The notes beneath the pieces are model-generated. The model did no database searches. It had not been told where the DNA came from and saw only the letters and a program-made list of their open reading frames with translations. Positions 1 through 12,390 of a DNA stretch of 64,000 nucleotides are shown here, piece after piece (within the stretch, counting starts at the first letter, position 1; the number at the start of each line of letters is the position of its first letter). Source of the stretch: Klebsormidium nitens (Eukaryota; Plantae; Klebsormidiophyceae); the NCBI GenBank assembly GCA_000708835.1, contig DF237325.1, positions 26,203-90,202 of the forward strand, written 5' to 3'. The translations under genes and the position numbers were made by a program.

Positions 1-423
1 AAGTTCTCTCTCTCGGGGCAGTTGTCTCTATTTTGGGCTGTCTGATTGGAGCGATTATTTCCTCCGGTTGAGTTCCGCTGGTCCTTTTTCTTGGCTTACG
101 TCAAAGCCTTGGTTGACAGTGCTCAACGGGATAGCTGGAATGGTGGGTACTTGGAGCGTAACTTGTGCGGCTGGCATCCAGTCTCTAAAGCATAAGAGGA
201 CTCTGTAGTCGGCACTTGTCAAAGCACACGTCATCTGGGCACGGCTGGGACAAGCAGCTGCCCTCACACGCTAACAATGCCCTGAAGACCACCAACGAAG
301 TGAATCCTCTTTCTCACGTGTTGTGGACCTCATTGCTGCCGTGCCGAAAATGCTCTTGGGAATAGGGGAGAACCCTGCGCTTGCAAGCAGGTGACGTCAA
401 CATGTGTGCGTTTGCATCGCTTG

Positions 424-456
424 GGAGGGCATCGAGGTGGAGGGCGGGCACAGTTA
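424..456 (+). repeat. Degenerate upstream copy of the start of the PI4K exon (period 111 bp)
   Basis: ggagggcatcgaggtggagggcggg at 424 vs ggagggcatcgaggtagagggcggg at 535 (24/25 identical); no intact acceptor precedes the copy. Confidence 0.75.
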
Positions 457-528
457 CCCATAGAGTCCCCGAAGGGCTCTAGAAAACTTGCGTCAGGAAG
501 CTGCTGACGTCGAAGATCGTTCTCGCAG

Positions 529-2753
529 GGCTCTGGAGGGCATCGAGGTAGAGGGCGGGGACTGTTATTTGCCGACGGCCCCCGACAAGCTGGTGGTGGG
601 CATACAGCGTGACAGCGGCGTCGCGCTCCAGTCGGCCGCCAAGGCGCCCTTCCTGCTGGCTTTCGACGTGCGGGACAGGACGGGGGATCCCTCCGCGGTG
701 CACACGCAGGGCTGCATCTTCAAGGTACGGTAAAAAGGATTTACTAAGGGAAACAATGGCTGCCTGGCCAGTAGGTTTACAGATCTGGAAAAGATTGTCT
801 GCCTGGCAACGAATGAGACGGACAACGAGGTTGCTTGCCCGACGAGGGACCACACGGAACGCAAACGCACGCCCGCTCAATGTCCCTAGTACTTGGACGA
901 AAACCGCGACTGTCCGCAGTATGCACTTGGTATTCATTTGCTATCTGACACTTTCATTTCAGGGGTGCGGAAAAACTTTGTACTTCGGCCTCTCGAAACG
1001 CAGTCGAAAGTTTGTTCACGGCTGAAAGAGGAGCTTAATGACCTTCAAAAATACAGCTCGCCGTGCGTCTGCTCGTGTCACAGCATCTTTTCCTCCCTGG
1101 CACGTGCGTCTCAAGGAATCAAGAAGTTTGCATCAAATACTTTGCGGAACCTGCTACTGACCAGAACCGCGGCCGCGATGCGAGCTTCGCGAGTGTCTAA
1201 TGACGTGTCACCTTGCGTCTGCTCGCAGGAGGGCGACGACTGCCGGCAGGACGTGCTGGCTCTCCAGGTCATCTCCCTCCTGCGCGACATGTTCGCCGCA
1301 GTACACCTGGACCTCTACCTCTGCCCGTACGGCGTTCTGCCCACCGGGTACGAGCGGGGGATCATCGAAATGGTGCCTAACACGCGCAGCCGCACCCAAA
1401 TGGGCGAGGTCACGGATCACGGCCTGTTTCAAATGTACCAGCAGGACTACGGGCCGGTCGGGAGTGCCGCGTTCGAGGCGGCGCGGAATAACTTCATTGT
1501 GAGTTCGGCGGGGTATGCGGTGGCGAGCCTGCTGCTGCAGCCAAAGGACCGGCACAACGGGAACCTGCTGTACGACAACAAGGTGAGACCCGGCCTCCCG
1601 TCATTGTTTCCTGCAGTCGCGCGTTCCACCATGTAATGTGTCTTGCACCGATCTCCAATCCGCTTCCCGTACAATTGCATCTGCGGTGGGTTTGCAGTGC
1701 AGCCCAACTGCGACAAGGGCCGTTGATTGACGTTTGTTTGCAAGTGGATCTGACTTGAGGACATTCTTTGGACATTTTGCCACTCCCGAGACGCAAGAAC
1801 TTTCCAGTAGAAGGGCGTGTGGCAGGACTTGAGCTTTTGAGTCGTTTCAACCTGTTCCGCTCCTCCGACGGGCGGCAGAAGAAGCATTCTCAAAATTTCC
1901 CGCCACAGTGTTCAGCTAGCTCTCAACTCTTGGACGGCAAAGCTTAAGTGCCAGCTTGCCCTGCGTGCAGGGCCGGCTGGTGCACATCGACTTCGGGTTC
2001 ATTTTGGAGATCTCGCCGGGCGGCAACATGCGCTTCGAGAGCGCCGACTTCAAGCTGAGCCACGAGATGACGCAGCTGCTCGACCCCAGCGGGGCCATGA
2101 GGAGCGACTCCTGGGCGCGCTTCGTCAGGTCAATTAACGCAGGGGGTTCCTATGTCTGATTTAATCAAGGGGCGTTGCTTTTAATGGTCCTGACTCCAAA
2201 GCTGCTTTTCAGTTTCGGGATGCTTCTGGGACCGATATTGCGAGTGGTATTCAGACCCTGTTTCGTCACTCTTTGTATGCCTGATCGCAGCGTGCCCGAC
2301 CAAGATCTCGTCGTTTCTTTCCGGTCCTCCTCGTCGTCATTGTGTTGTCAATTCGGTACTTCAATCCTTCCACAATCCAAGGCATAGTAGCTCTAAGCCC
2401 CTGCGTACCCCTGCTTCCACGCTTCGCGGCCCTGTGCAGCGCTTCTGCCCGAGCGGTCGGCCTTTTCACACTCCTAACGCCCATCTCTGTGCAGCCTGTG
2501 TGTGAAGGGCTACTTGGCGGCGCGCGTCCACGCGGAGGCCATCATCTCGACCGTCAATCTGATGGTCGACAGCGGCCTGCCCTGCTTCAGCCGGGGGGAC
2601 CCCATGGGCAACCTTCGCAAGAGACTGCACCTAGAAATGACGGAGAGGGAAGCCGCCAACTTCATGATCGCCACGTGTGAGGACGCGTACAACAAGTGGA
2701 CGACCTCCGGCTACGACGTCATCCAATACCTCCAGCAAGATATTCAGCACTGA
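529..2753 (+). CDS. PI4KA: Phosphatidylinositol 4-kinase alpha, C-terminal catalytic part (5' exons lie outside the window); exons 529-724, 1229-1582, 1971-2128, 2495-2753
   Basis: Spliced product reads YLPTAPDKLVVGIQRDSGVALQSAAKAP...CIFK/EGDDCRQDVLALQVI...QPKDRHNGNLL...GRLVHIDFGFILEISPGGNMRFESADFKLSHEM...YNKWTTSGYDVIQYLQQDIQH*. It matches plant PI4Kalpha motifs as recalled. All introns are GT..AG with consistent phases. Confidence 0.95.
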
Positions 2754-5175
2754 AACGTGCAGACCAGAACACATATGCTCGATCACAGCCGAGTTTTTGA
2801 AGACCAGTGCGTATGCGTTGCATATGTTAAATAAGAATTTGCAACTTCCATTCTCAGGTGTGCCTTTATTCAAACAAGTCTGAGAAGTTGAGAACAATGT
2901 GTCTCTGTTCGTTTGCCACAGCCGTTTCCGTTGGCAAGCTACCCAATGCTTATGGCGTTCGGTACGTCTATGGTCTTGAAATTGGCTGGCAGCTCCGATT
3001 GCAGCTGCATGCCCGCCTTGATTCCCGTGTCGATCACAAGCAAAGCGGCTTAGGTGCTGCAGAAAGATGAGTGGCATGCTAGGACATGTTGTAAGCTCTC
3101 CGCCGCTTTGTTTGTCGATCCACTTTGTGACATTCGTTGGTACCGTCAATTGAGTCCACTCCAGCCACAGCACGCATTCGGTATTGATCTTGTTACTAAT
3201 TATGCAACCGTCCCATAACTTTGGCGCAACACAACATGTACGGAACCGATCGCAGCGTGCCCGCGCTAGCATGTGGCTGATTGATCCAAATCCATCAATG
3301 CTTTTGGAGATCCAAACTCTGAAACTCACCGGGGGCGGCTCTCCTCAGGGTAATGATTCATGCAAGTCAGTTCGACTCTCGTTGTATTGTCACAGTTATA
3401 CATCGCCACCAGGCACTGTTGGTGCCCACTGACCCAGCATCCGAGCGCCTTTAAAGCGTTCAACCTAGCGCATTCGAGTGCCTTGAGCACTCACCCAACG
3501 CGCCAGTACCATCGGCAGTTCAGAAGAAGCGGTACCGTACCAGCAGCGACAACACCAAACATGGGGGTTGGAAAACCATACGTAGAACACTAGAAGGGAT
3601 ATAAGTACGTACGAACATGACAGTAACTTGATTGGCAATTATAGCCTTTTACTTGCCTCCCTTGGGACATCATACGATTGACATGGCCCAAAAACGGAGG
3701 CATTTTCATTCGTGATATCCTATCCTTTTTATTTCGGAACCCTTACCGGGTTGACCGCGTTGAGCGACTACCCCCCCCTTAACCCCGGCAGTTTCCCTGC
3801 TTCGAACACCGGAGATTTTGAACCCCGTACTAAACCCTTCATCGCAAAACTTTCAAGGGTTCCGAGGACATTCTAGTTGAAATGATGGCGGCATGGATTC
3901 ATGGAATGATGACATGGACATTATGCACATTCTGGCCCACGCCTGGCCAGCTTTTCCGCTCAGGCAGCGCTGTCATGCACACTGCACACGCAGCATGCAC
4001 ACGTACTGCACAACGCAGTCAACAGAGTAGCCAAGTAATATTAGTGCTACCGGTATGCAGTCAAAAGTAGTAGTGCAATGCGGTCAACAGTAGTGCAATG
4101 CAGTTGACAATTACAATGGTGACGTGCAGGCTGATCAGGAACATCATATAGGTCGGTATACAGGACCCTGGCCAAAGATGCCGTGGATTTCGGGGTGAAC
4201 ACCAAAGAAGTTCTGCCACTCGAAGGGCGAGGGACCAAGGATTACACAGCAGCCGGGTCTCATGCAAGTTGCCGAGGGGTTTTGTCCAGGCCTGCATTCA
4301 CTTGTGCAGCTTCGCATGAAGCCGGGTTTTAGCTGCCACCAGACATAATGTGGTGGCAACAGCTATCAGACCTTAGCCCCTCTTCTGAGAGAATGGTCTT
4401 TCTTGGTTGTTGGTGGTGCGATGTGCAGCAGACGCGATAGGCCACAGATTCAAAGGCGCACTGACCATGGTCGTCATCTGCAGGAGGATGCAGACTCTAG
4501 TTTGACTGCAGCTATGACCTAAGGTGAGAGGTCATAGCGATTGAGGGTCAACAACGAGCAGTCTCTCCAAGCTCTCAAAGTTGCTGCATCGAGCAGTGGG
4601 AACTTGAGCGGCCATCAACAAGCAGGACCGCTCCACCATGTTTCTTGTCCCGAGGTAGAGCTTCAAACCGACTAACATGTGAGTAGGCACCTCGCTTGGA
4701 TCGTAGACTGCGCTACGGGGCGCATTACTTCAACCCTTGAGATCTGAGATTCCCAGCAGATGAAAGAGGATTCGGAGCACCTGTGTTGTGGGGTCACAAG
4801 CTACTGGTGCCGTTCCTTAAGCAATTCACAATGAGGTTACCCCAATCACTACAATATTCCCAGCTTCATTCTAAATCTATGAAGACTGCCTACTTGCTTT
4901 TGGTGACAGACTGCCAATCTGCCTTTCTACGTTCTTCTTCTCTACACTCTCGACGCACTCTGCCACAACGGACGTCTACTGCTTGTTGGACCCTGCCAAG
5001 TTGAGAGTGTAGCACAAAGAAAACAAGGCTGGCTCTTCACTTGTGGTGCCCCACTGAGATGTTGCATCAAGCTCCTTGACATGAACCTCTTACCTCAGTA
5101 GTTTGCCGAGGTTTGGAAAGGCTCCCCCAGGAAGCAAAGCATACCCCTTCTTTGCAGAGAATAGCGGGCATCAAC

Positions 5176-8100
5176 ATGACGTACCTTTGGAAAGCACGGT
5201 CGACGGGGCTCCTTGTAGCCCTGGCCCTGCTTGCGCTACCAAAGCAATGCCGCTCTGCTTCAACATTGGTTCCGCCCCCAGGTCAGTTCCCATATCAGTC
5301 ACAACATCTTCTAAACTCTTCTGACCTCTTCATCTTCTTCATGGCGGCTCGCCAGCTTGGCTTTTTGATAGTAGGCTTTGGAGGGTTCGGGAAGACTGTG
5401 CTCTGTCTTAACAGCTTGATCAGGTACCATTATGGACTTTCCTTTGCAGTTCTGCTTCGACCGGTGATTTGAAGGGCGCCGTCCAGAGGACTGGAACTTG
5501 AGCAGAGAATAATCCAAGGATTGATACTGCTGTCAGACTGGTTGATTCCTTTGTGCCTGCTCCGACAGTCAACCGCTCCTACGTAGTCCCCAGGACTTGA
5601 ACTTCTTTCACAGTTAGAATTGTTTTTTCCAGCAAATCTTGTGTCTGACCTTCCTGTTCCGTGTTGACCTGCATGAGGGGTTCAGGTTTGGCCGACATGT
5701 CATTTTGATCACATGGCAGCTTGAGGAACCCTCATCGCTATGAGCAACAAGGGCGCGGAACACAAGTCAAAATCTTCAAGCTTGTTGTTGTGCACTCTTC
5801 TGGTTTCAACTGAGGAGCGGTACTTGCCTGGTATGGGGTCGCTGGACCGATTCTGACTCTCAAGACAAAAGATCGGCCTTCTGTAAAAGCTAGCCCCCTT
5901 CTACTTTGCAGCTATCTGCCCGGACAGCGGCTTCCCAAACCAGGCAAGTTTGATCACCAGCTCTCTGATTGCAGATTACATGTCACCCCTGGTTGTGGGT
6001 GGGCCTCTTGACTTGAAAGTCGAAGGCTGCGTGCACGCATGGATTCAATGCCTTGGAGACCTCATGGGGAAAACATCAGGAGCTAGCTTTCACGCCGATG
6101 GTTGCAGGCGATCACTTTGTTTTATGGCCTGCTCACACCTTTGAGAAATGTTATGAATGACCAAGTTCGCTACATGGCATATTGACTGGGAGTTTGGCAC
6201 CGGATTGTAGCTTCTCAAACTGCTCCATGAGCTTTGGATATCCTCGGATGTGGTTATGCTGACTTTCCTTCGCCAGAGGTTCATCAGTGATCACTCTGCC
6301 TGATTCGTTACCATCTTCAGTTTGGCTCAGCTTCAAACGTCATCAATCTATTGGCGGTTCTACATCCTCAATCAACTGATCAGCTTATGGGTCATAGTCA
6401 TTAACAATGCAGTAATCAAGGATTCCGTTGAAGTAACGCGACATGTCCATTTGCTTCTGCAGTGCTTCACCGCGGATCGCAGTGACTTCGTCTGCTGCAC
6501 CGCTGAGTGCGGACCCGTAACTGATAACCAGGCCACTTGCTTGGACGAGCAAACCGGGGCAACTGCAACCTCAACTTCAAACCCGCCCCCGCCGCCTCCG
6601 AACCTGCCTGCAAACCCGCCCCCAATTCCAACTCCAACCCCATCCCTAACCACAACCCCAACCCCAACCCCAACTCCAACCGCAACCTCGACTCCGACAC
6701 CAAACCCAATCGCATCTGTCCCCAACGGCGAGCTTGTTCCCAGCTTGGGGACGCCTGCGCCAGCCACTATCAGCAGTGCCCCTGAGGGATCCCCCGACGC
6801 CCTTGCCCCCACTTCCCCCCCGGCACAAGCACTCGCACCAACAGCCCAACTGGTTACCGCTACCGCTCCGTCGCCCAGTTCCTCGACAAGTACTGCATCT
6901 TCACCTTCACCTGCTAGCGGACCTGGTAACCCGCCACCTAACCAGAGTGCAAACCCCCCTGCATCAGGTGAGCAACTGGGATTGGAGAGTAGATGGGGAG
7001 GACTTCCCCGAGGAGTCTTTTTTGGAGTTGATTGACTGTAGGAGAACGACGAAAGACTGGCAGGAAATGCAGAGATACTCATCTTCTGGCATGATACTTT
7101 CCCCGTTGCTTACGTTGGGGTGAGGGCGGTAGAGAAGCCCAGCAGATTGCGGGATTTGCGCCTTTGTTGCACGGTGAGACGGCCTTCGCAATTTTACCCG
7201 CACGGCTTGCCCTGTCGGAACTTCGTGTACTTTTTTTCTCTGCGGAGCTCCCACGGTTGGGGGCCAACGTGCTCTAACTGACATGAACGGTAGACAATTG
7301 GAAAAGCAAAGCTTGGGTGTTTCTGTGCTATGCTGTTTCCCCCATTTCTGGTCTCTCATCTGGTACGATCGTTTTTGGCAGTAAACCCCGGCCCCTCGAC
7401 GACACGTCTTCTTGACATGTTTCAAAATCCTTCCGATACGTTCAGAAACTTGCAACCAAGGGTGCATTCTTCGTGTGTGGGCTTCTTGGGTAACTGCTCG
7501 AGCCTGAGTCTTGCACCCATCGGTGGGACGCACAGGGTCCGCTTCACCTTCCCCAACTTCGCCGCACCACTCATTTCCGCGCACATAGCCGCCTTTGCCG
7601 TTTCCCCTCTCCTCATCTCACCCGCAAAGCGCACCCCCCCAAGAAGATCCATCTTCAAGCCATCACGTCACAGGCACCCCCCCACCACCCTTCCGGGGAT
7701 CCACCCCCCCGCTTGGAAACCCCACTGCGTCGCCCCCCCCCGGTACGACTCTGAGGGCCTTCACGACGGTTACCTCGGAAACCCCCCCACCGCCTCGCTC
7801 ACAACCAGCCCCCCGAACAGCCATCCACCTCCGCAGGGGGTTGCGCCCCCCCCGCCGAAGGTGTCCGCCCCGCCTCCGCCGGTCGTGAAAGCACCCCCCC
7901 CGCCACGAGGTCGCGAAATCCCCCCCGCCGCCCGAGCAGGGAGCACCCCCGCCGCCCAAGCGGGCACCTCCACCGCCCCGACAGGCGCCCCCGCCGCCAG
8001 GTGAGCAAGATTTGCGAATTGCATTTTCCGACAGTCAGCAAATCGATCGTCACTCTGAGCATGTCTTGTGGCTTTAGGCCACCGTAAAACCCAAGCAGGA

Positions 8101-9501
8101 TGTTGAAAGCATCGGCGGCGCATCTATAGATTCCGGTGGGGCTCGTTTCTTCTAAGTCTTGGTCTCTCCCATTTCTTGACCGGGAAGGCGACCCTAACCA
8201 ACGCGTGCGTCCCCTCACCTAAGTCTGTCTGCTATCAACCTGCTTTCTGGGTCCTTCCAATGCGTGAGCGGTTCCTCGCCCCGACTCAGCCGTGCTCCTC
8301 TCGCGCGCATCTAAATCCGGAAGCACACGAAGGACACTAACCTGATTGGTCAGCCTGACGAAACCCGTCTTCCCTGCCTGCAGTTCCAACCAACCGCACC
8401 TTCACCGTCCGCAACAACTGCGCCCAAACGGTCTGGGTCGCCCAGTTCAGCGTCCCGGGCTACACCCCGTTGACCACCACCTCGAACCTAACCCTAACCA
8501 CCGGCCAAACCGCCGTCTTCACAACCGACAACACCTGGATCGGTCGCATCTGGGGGCGGACCAGATGTGGGGGATCCCCTTTCCGCTGCGCCACGGGCGA
8601 CTGCAACGGCGCCACGTGTGCCAAGGGCGTGACGGGGCAACCTCCGGCCACGCTCGCGGAATTCACGCTCGCGCAGCCTCGGGGTTTGGACTTCTATGAC
8701 GTCAGCGTGGTTGACGGGTTCAACCTGCAGATACAGGTACGGAAGAGACTTTCCTTTTATCCAGATTGTTTGGAAACCTGTAATAACTAGGAGGGCCGTT
8801 ATGAAAACGAGAGCGCGATGGGGGAGATGCGTGATCTTACCTGACAATTGAGGGAAGTCGATTAACCATTTTGAATCGTTATACATCGATCTCCAACTCC
8901 TTGTTAAAGACGTCAGTTCTTGAGTTCTAATTGTTGAGCTCAGGCAGGTGGTACGACCATGGCTGACTCTCAACTATTATGATCGTCCTATAGACCCTTG
9001 CAGAGCGCAGCGACAGCTCCGTGATTTTGCAAGCCAGTGTGAAAAGCACCTACAATCCTCGGTATTTGTCCCGTCTTGGATTTGTCCGGTTTCGACCTCG
9101 TTTTGAATCCAGAATTAGTCATGCAAGCTTCGTTTCTCGCGCAGATCAAGCCGAGCAAGTCCAGCTGCCCCACGATCGGCTGCGTCGCCGACCTGGTTAA
9201 CAACGGCGCCTGCCCGGCGGTCCTCCAGAAGAAGGACGCCTCCGGAAAAGTTGTCGGGTGCTACAGCGCGTGCTCCGCTCCAGCGATGACGACCTCCCCC
9301 GACCGCCCCAAGTACTGCTGTACTGGGAACTACAGCCTCCCCGGGCCGTGCCAGGCGGTGCACCCCGACCAGTTTTCCTCCGTGCTCAAGACGGCTTGCC
9401 CCACGGCGTATAGCTATGCGTACGACGAGAACAATAACAGCCTCTCCCAGTGCCCCGGGGGCTCCGGTGACTACGATATATTCATGTGCTGGGGGGCGTG
9501 A
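5176..9501 (+). CDS. Putative secreted chimeric protein: signal peptide, small Cys-rich segment, Pro/Thr-rich extensin/AGP-like stalk, C-terminal thaumatin domain; exons between 5281 and 6463 are uncertain
   Basis: Exon 5176-5281 MTYLWKARSTGLLVALALLALPKQCRSA (signal-peptide-like, gtcagt donor). Exon 6463-6967 CFTADRSDFVCCTAEC...(PT)n. Exon 7674-8001 (S/A)PPPP repeats. Exons 8384-8736 and 9145-9501 thaumatin. Phases match from 6463 onward; the link to the 5176 exon is inferred. Confidence 0.6.
6463..8001 (+). CDS. Pro/Thr/Ser-rich hydroxyproline-rich glycoprotein-like exons (6463-6967; 7674-8001 with two compensating frameshifts)
   Basis: PTPTPTPT, SPSPAS, APPPPK, SPPPPE and APPPPR motifs. 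Acceptors ctgcag (6462) and cacag (7673); gtgagc donors at 6968 and 8002; phase 1 joins to the thaumatin exon. Confidence 0.75.
8384..9501 (+). CDS. Thaumatin-like (PR-5 family) domain; exons 8384-8736 and 9145-9501
   Basis: RTFTVRNNCAQTVW...GRIWGRTRC...CATGDC...PPATLAEFTL...DFYDVSVVDGFN / GCYSAC...YCCTG...CPTAYSYAYD: family signature, Cys pattern and acidic-cleft R/E/D residues are visible. Confidence 0.95.
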
Positions 9502-9741
9502 GGGCGATAACAGCTTGTGAGGCTGTGGGTCCTAGAAACGCCAGGATTACTTCGAGCCTGATCGAAGTACTTGTGTCGAAGTATAGCTATTCTTCGTGAG
9601 TTGTTTTCAGAGAGTCAAATAAAGGGTGCAATCGCGGAGTATAGCTCGAGATGAGAAAGCATCTCATCGGGTTGGACGCTGAATTAGAAGACCTTCAAAG
9701 CTTTCAAAAGACAGCATAAGTAGCTAGGCGTTCTGGACACA

Positions 9742-9881
9742 TTGTTCGGTCTTGCCAAAAGCAGATTGAAAGATTTGCTTTAGATCATCGAGTTGAGGTA
9801 GAAGCAGGTCACCTTATTCGTTCTTGCCAAAAAGAGATTGGAAGATTTGCTTTAGATAATCGAGTTGAGGTATGAGCAGGT
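9742..9881. repeat. Two-copy tandem repeat, about 72-bp period
   Basis: ttgttcggtcttgccaaaagcagattgaaagatttgctttagatcatcgagttgaggtagaagcaggt (9742) vs ttattcgttcttgccaaaaagagattggaagatttgctttagataatcgagttgaggtatgagcaggt (9814). Confidence 0.9.
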
Positions 9882-10371
9882 TAGACTGAAGGTTAGAGAT
9901 GTTGGGTAGGCTAATGATTGCTTAAAAAGCTATTTTGCGTTTGTTACAAACCATAGCCTTTATGGATCATGCAGACCAGTGCACAGACATAGCTAGACTT
10001 ATCGATAGCGGTGAAGCTGACCTGGAGTAGGGAAATTAATCCAGATAACTAGGGCCTTGCCTGGTTTAGTCAGTTTATTGTTGTTTTTGGTAAATACGTT
10101 ATGATGGATTGACGCTTGCAGAGAAACTGACATGCGGCTTCGTCGTACGTTGACAGTTAACCGGCAATCAGCTAGAATAAAATATCTCCTTTTGAACTCC
10201 AATCTTCCATGCATTTTGTTCGTCTTGGCGCCATGTACGCCCACGTGCAGGTGCTTCAATGTATAAAAGACGTATGAAAAGTGACCGTCTCGATTGCCGA
10301 CAACGACGACTTGGGTGGATGACATAGCCATGCAGTCGAAACACTGAGCTCAATATGCACAGGGCACTTTC

Positions 10372-10627
10372 GCAATCAACCAAGGCCCAACCAGACCGGC
10401 CTGGTTGACGGGCCTCAACCGGGGTCTGGTTGACCGTCAACCGGGCAGGGCGTGGTTGGGATCGACTTCTCCAGGACTGGTTGACGTCAACCATGACCGG
10501 TTGATCGTCAACCGGGGCGGGACTGGTTGACGGTATTCTTGACCAGAGCACGGTTGACCACCAATCAGGGCGGGCCCGGTTAATGGTCAGCCACAGAATG
10601 CTTGGCGCCTGGTTGATGATTGGTTGA
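10372..10627. repeat. Cluster of GGTTGA/TCAACC motifs forming short palindromes; possible non-autonomous DNA transposon
   Basis: 13 GGTTGA or TCAACC hexamers in about 255 bp; palindromes ggttgaccgtcaacc (10428), ggttgacgtcaacc (10479), ggttgatcgtcaacc (10499); imperfect inverted ends; no TSD found. Confidence 0.7.
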
Positions 10628-12390
10628 GCAGAAGGAGGAAACGTGTACAGTCGTTAGAAAAAACTAGCGAGATCAACCGGGCAGGTTGCACCGTCGCAAG
10701 GTACAACGACTCTTACAGGAAAAGAGGAGTCAAGCTCAAGAGAGTCGGCAAATTCTCAGAAGGCAATCGAACCAGGCAAGTCCAAGATTACCAACACACG
10801 CAGCAGCCTTCCCTGAATCAGACGAAGCGCCGAGTAAGGAAACCGTGTTACCGGAAAGCCTTGCCATTCAGCGTTTCAACCTTGGTCATGACATAGACTG
10901 CCGAGAAATGCGGATACCGTTGCAGGAGCCGCGAGGAAGCAACTTCATCCATTGTCCGACCAGGAAGTCAGAATAACGCGTGACAACGATCAGGTTGGAA
11001 CATGTACGTGCAGAACGCTTAGGCAGAATCTTTGGAAGCCTTGAAATACGAGCTCCTTCCAAGATACACAACAAGTGCCCAATACAGAAGTCTGTTTCCT
11101 TCCATTACCAAGAGCGTCTCGCTGCATCGACGACTGTCCTAGTTTATCCCTAGGCCGATGACGCCTTCTATTGTGAGTGTACGACCTGCCAAGAGAAACA
11201 AGGAGGAACACGTAAAACTCAACCCGAGCCGCTTTTATTGCAGAGGAAGGGCCCAAGCATTCACAGCAAGCTCAAGGCGGGGTGCCAATGAAGTACGAGA
11301 CGCGCTTCATTCGTGCACTCGTTGCTTCTTCGCCACGAGCGTGAGGTGCAGATTCAAACCGGAGAATTTCAATCCGATGCCCAAACGCCGACGTTCGTTT
11401 CTGACGTCTCCCTTCTCGGACCTTTCTCAAGCTTCCGCCCCGGAACATGTTGTAAGTTGGAACGGGATAAGATATGTGAGACGAAGTGCGAAAGTCCGAA
11501 GCGTCTGATGTTTCTCATAATATTCACGATCGTTCCCCATCATCCATTACGGAATTGGCCGCCACTCTAGAAAGGCAGCATCCTTACCGCAGTGTTCTGT
11601 CCCCTGATCATGAGCTTCCGTTTTTTCCGTTGGGGTCGCACGCTCTGGAGATCCAGACTTCCCGCTGACCGGTAAAGTGCACTATCCTTTGCGAGTTCTG
11701 CAGAATAGACAAGAGAAAGAGGGACTCGGGTAGGTTCATCGATGCACAACGAAAACTTTAGAGCAGTCCGTCCGCAGTTCAATCCCGGAATCCTGCCTTG
11801 TTTACAGAATGCCGTGTCGCTTAGATAACTGTGAGAAGAGTACTGTCGTAATGGTTTGCGGCAAGTAGAGGTGGGGGGGAGATCGAGTATTGTGAGATGT
11901 TTTGAAATTTCCGAAGGTTACGGGGAAGAGAAAATACTTGTTTGAGACATGTAGACGTGGCGCCCACTCGAAGGGCCGTTCTTCTGGCGGTGAGGAATTC
12001 TGGCCATCTAATTTTCTTTGCTGACGTGGCAAGCTGTGAGTGGTCAGCGACTGGCTGTCATTTCCGTCACTATTTCCTTTCGCTTCGGTTCCGTGCCAAG
12101 GATTTTCGTTCCGGTTAGTACGTCGCCCAGACGTCGTGCATTCGAAAGCAACATGTTCCCACAAAAGAAGTGAGAGCGTTCTTCACTTGGCCGGAGCGCC
12201 TCGAACCGAAAGTTGAACAGCTGCCTGGTGGGCCCTAGCGTAGCGCGGCGGGGAGGATGCTCTCCCAGAGTATGATGTGTCCGCACCAGAAGAACCGCAG
12301 CCGAACGTCCGGGACCTGCGTGAACAACCGCTCGTACACCTCGGACGTCGGCTGGAGGTGGCCGCCCTCGACTGGCGAGCGCGCGCGCAT

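Noticed and set aside
1229-1231. PI4K motif reads FKEGDD instead of the usual FKVGDD
   Set aside because: This position varies across the PI3K/PI4K family, and the catalytic K, DRH and DFG motifs are intact; not evidence of inactivation.
3734-3865. 11-bp inverted repeat tcggaaccctt / aagggttccga
   Set aside because: An 11-bp IR within about 150 bp is expected by chance in 64 kb; no TSD.
4511-4538. 10-bp hairpin gctatgacct...aggtcatagc
   Set aside because: Chance-level length with no supporting context.
10372-10627. Possible CRISPR-like array
   Set aside because: Motifs are 6-7 bp, in both orientations and irregularly spaced; there are no constant repeats with unique spacers, no cas genes, and the context is eukaryotic.
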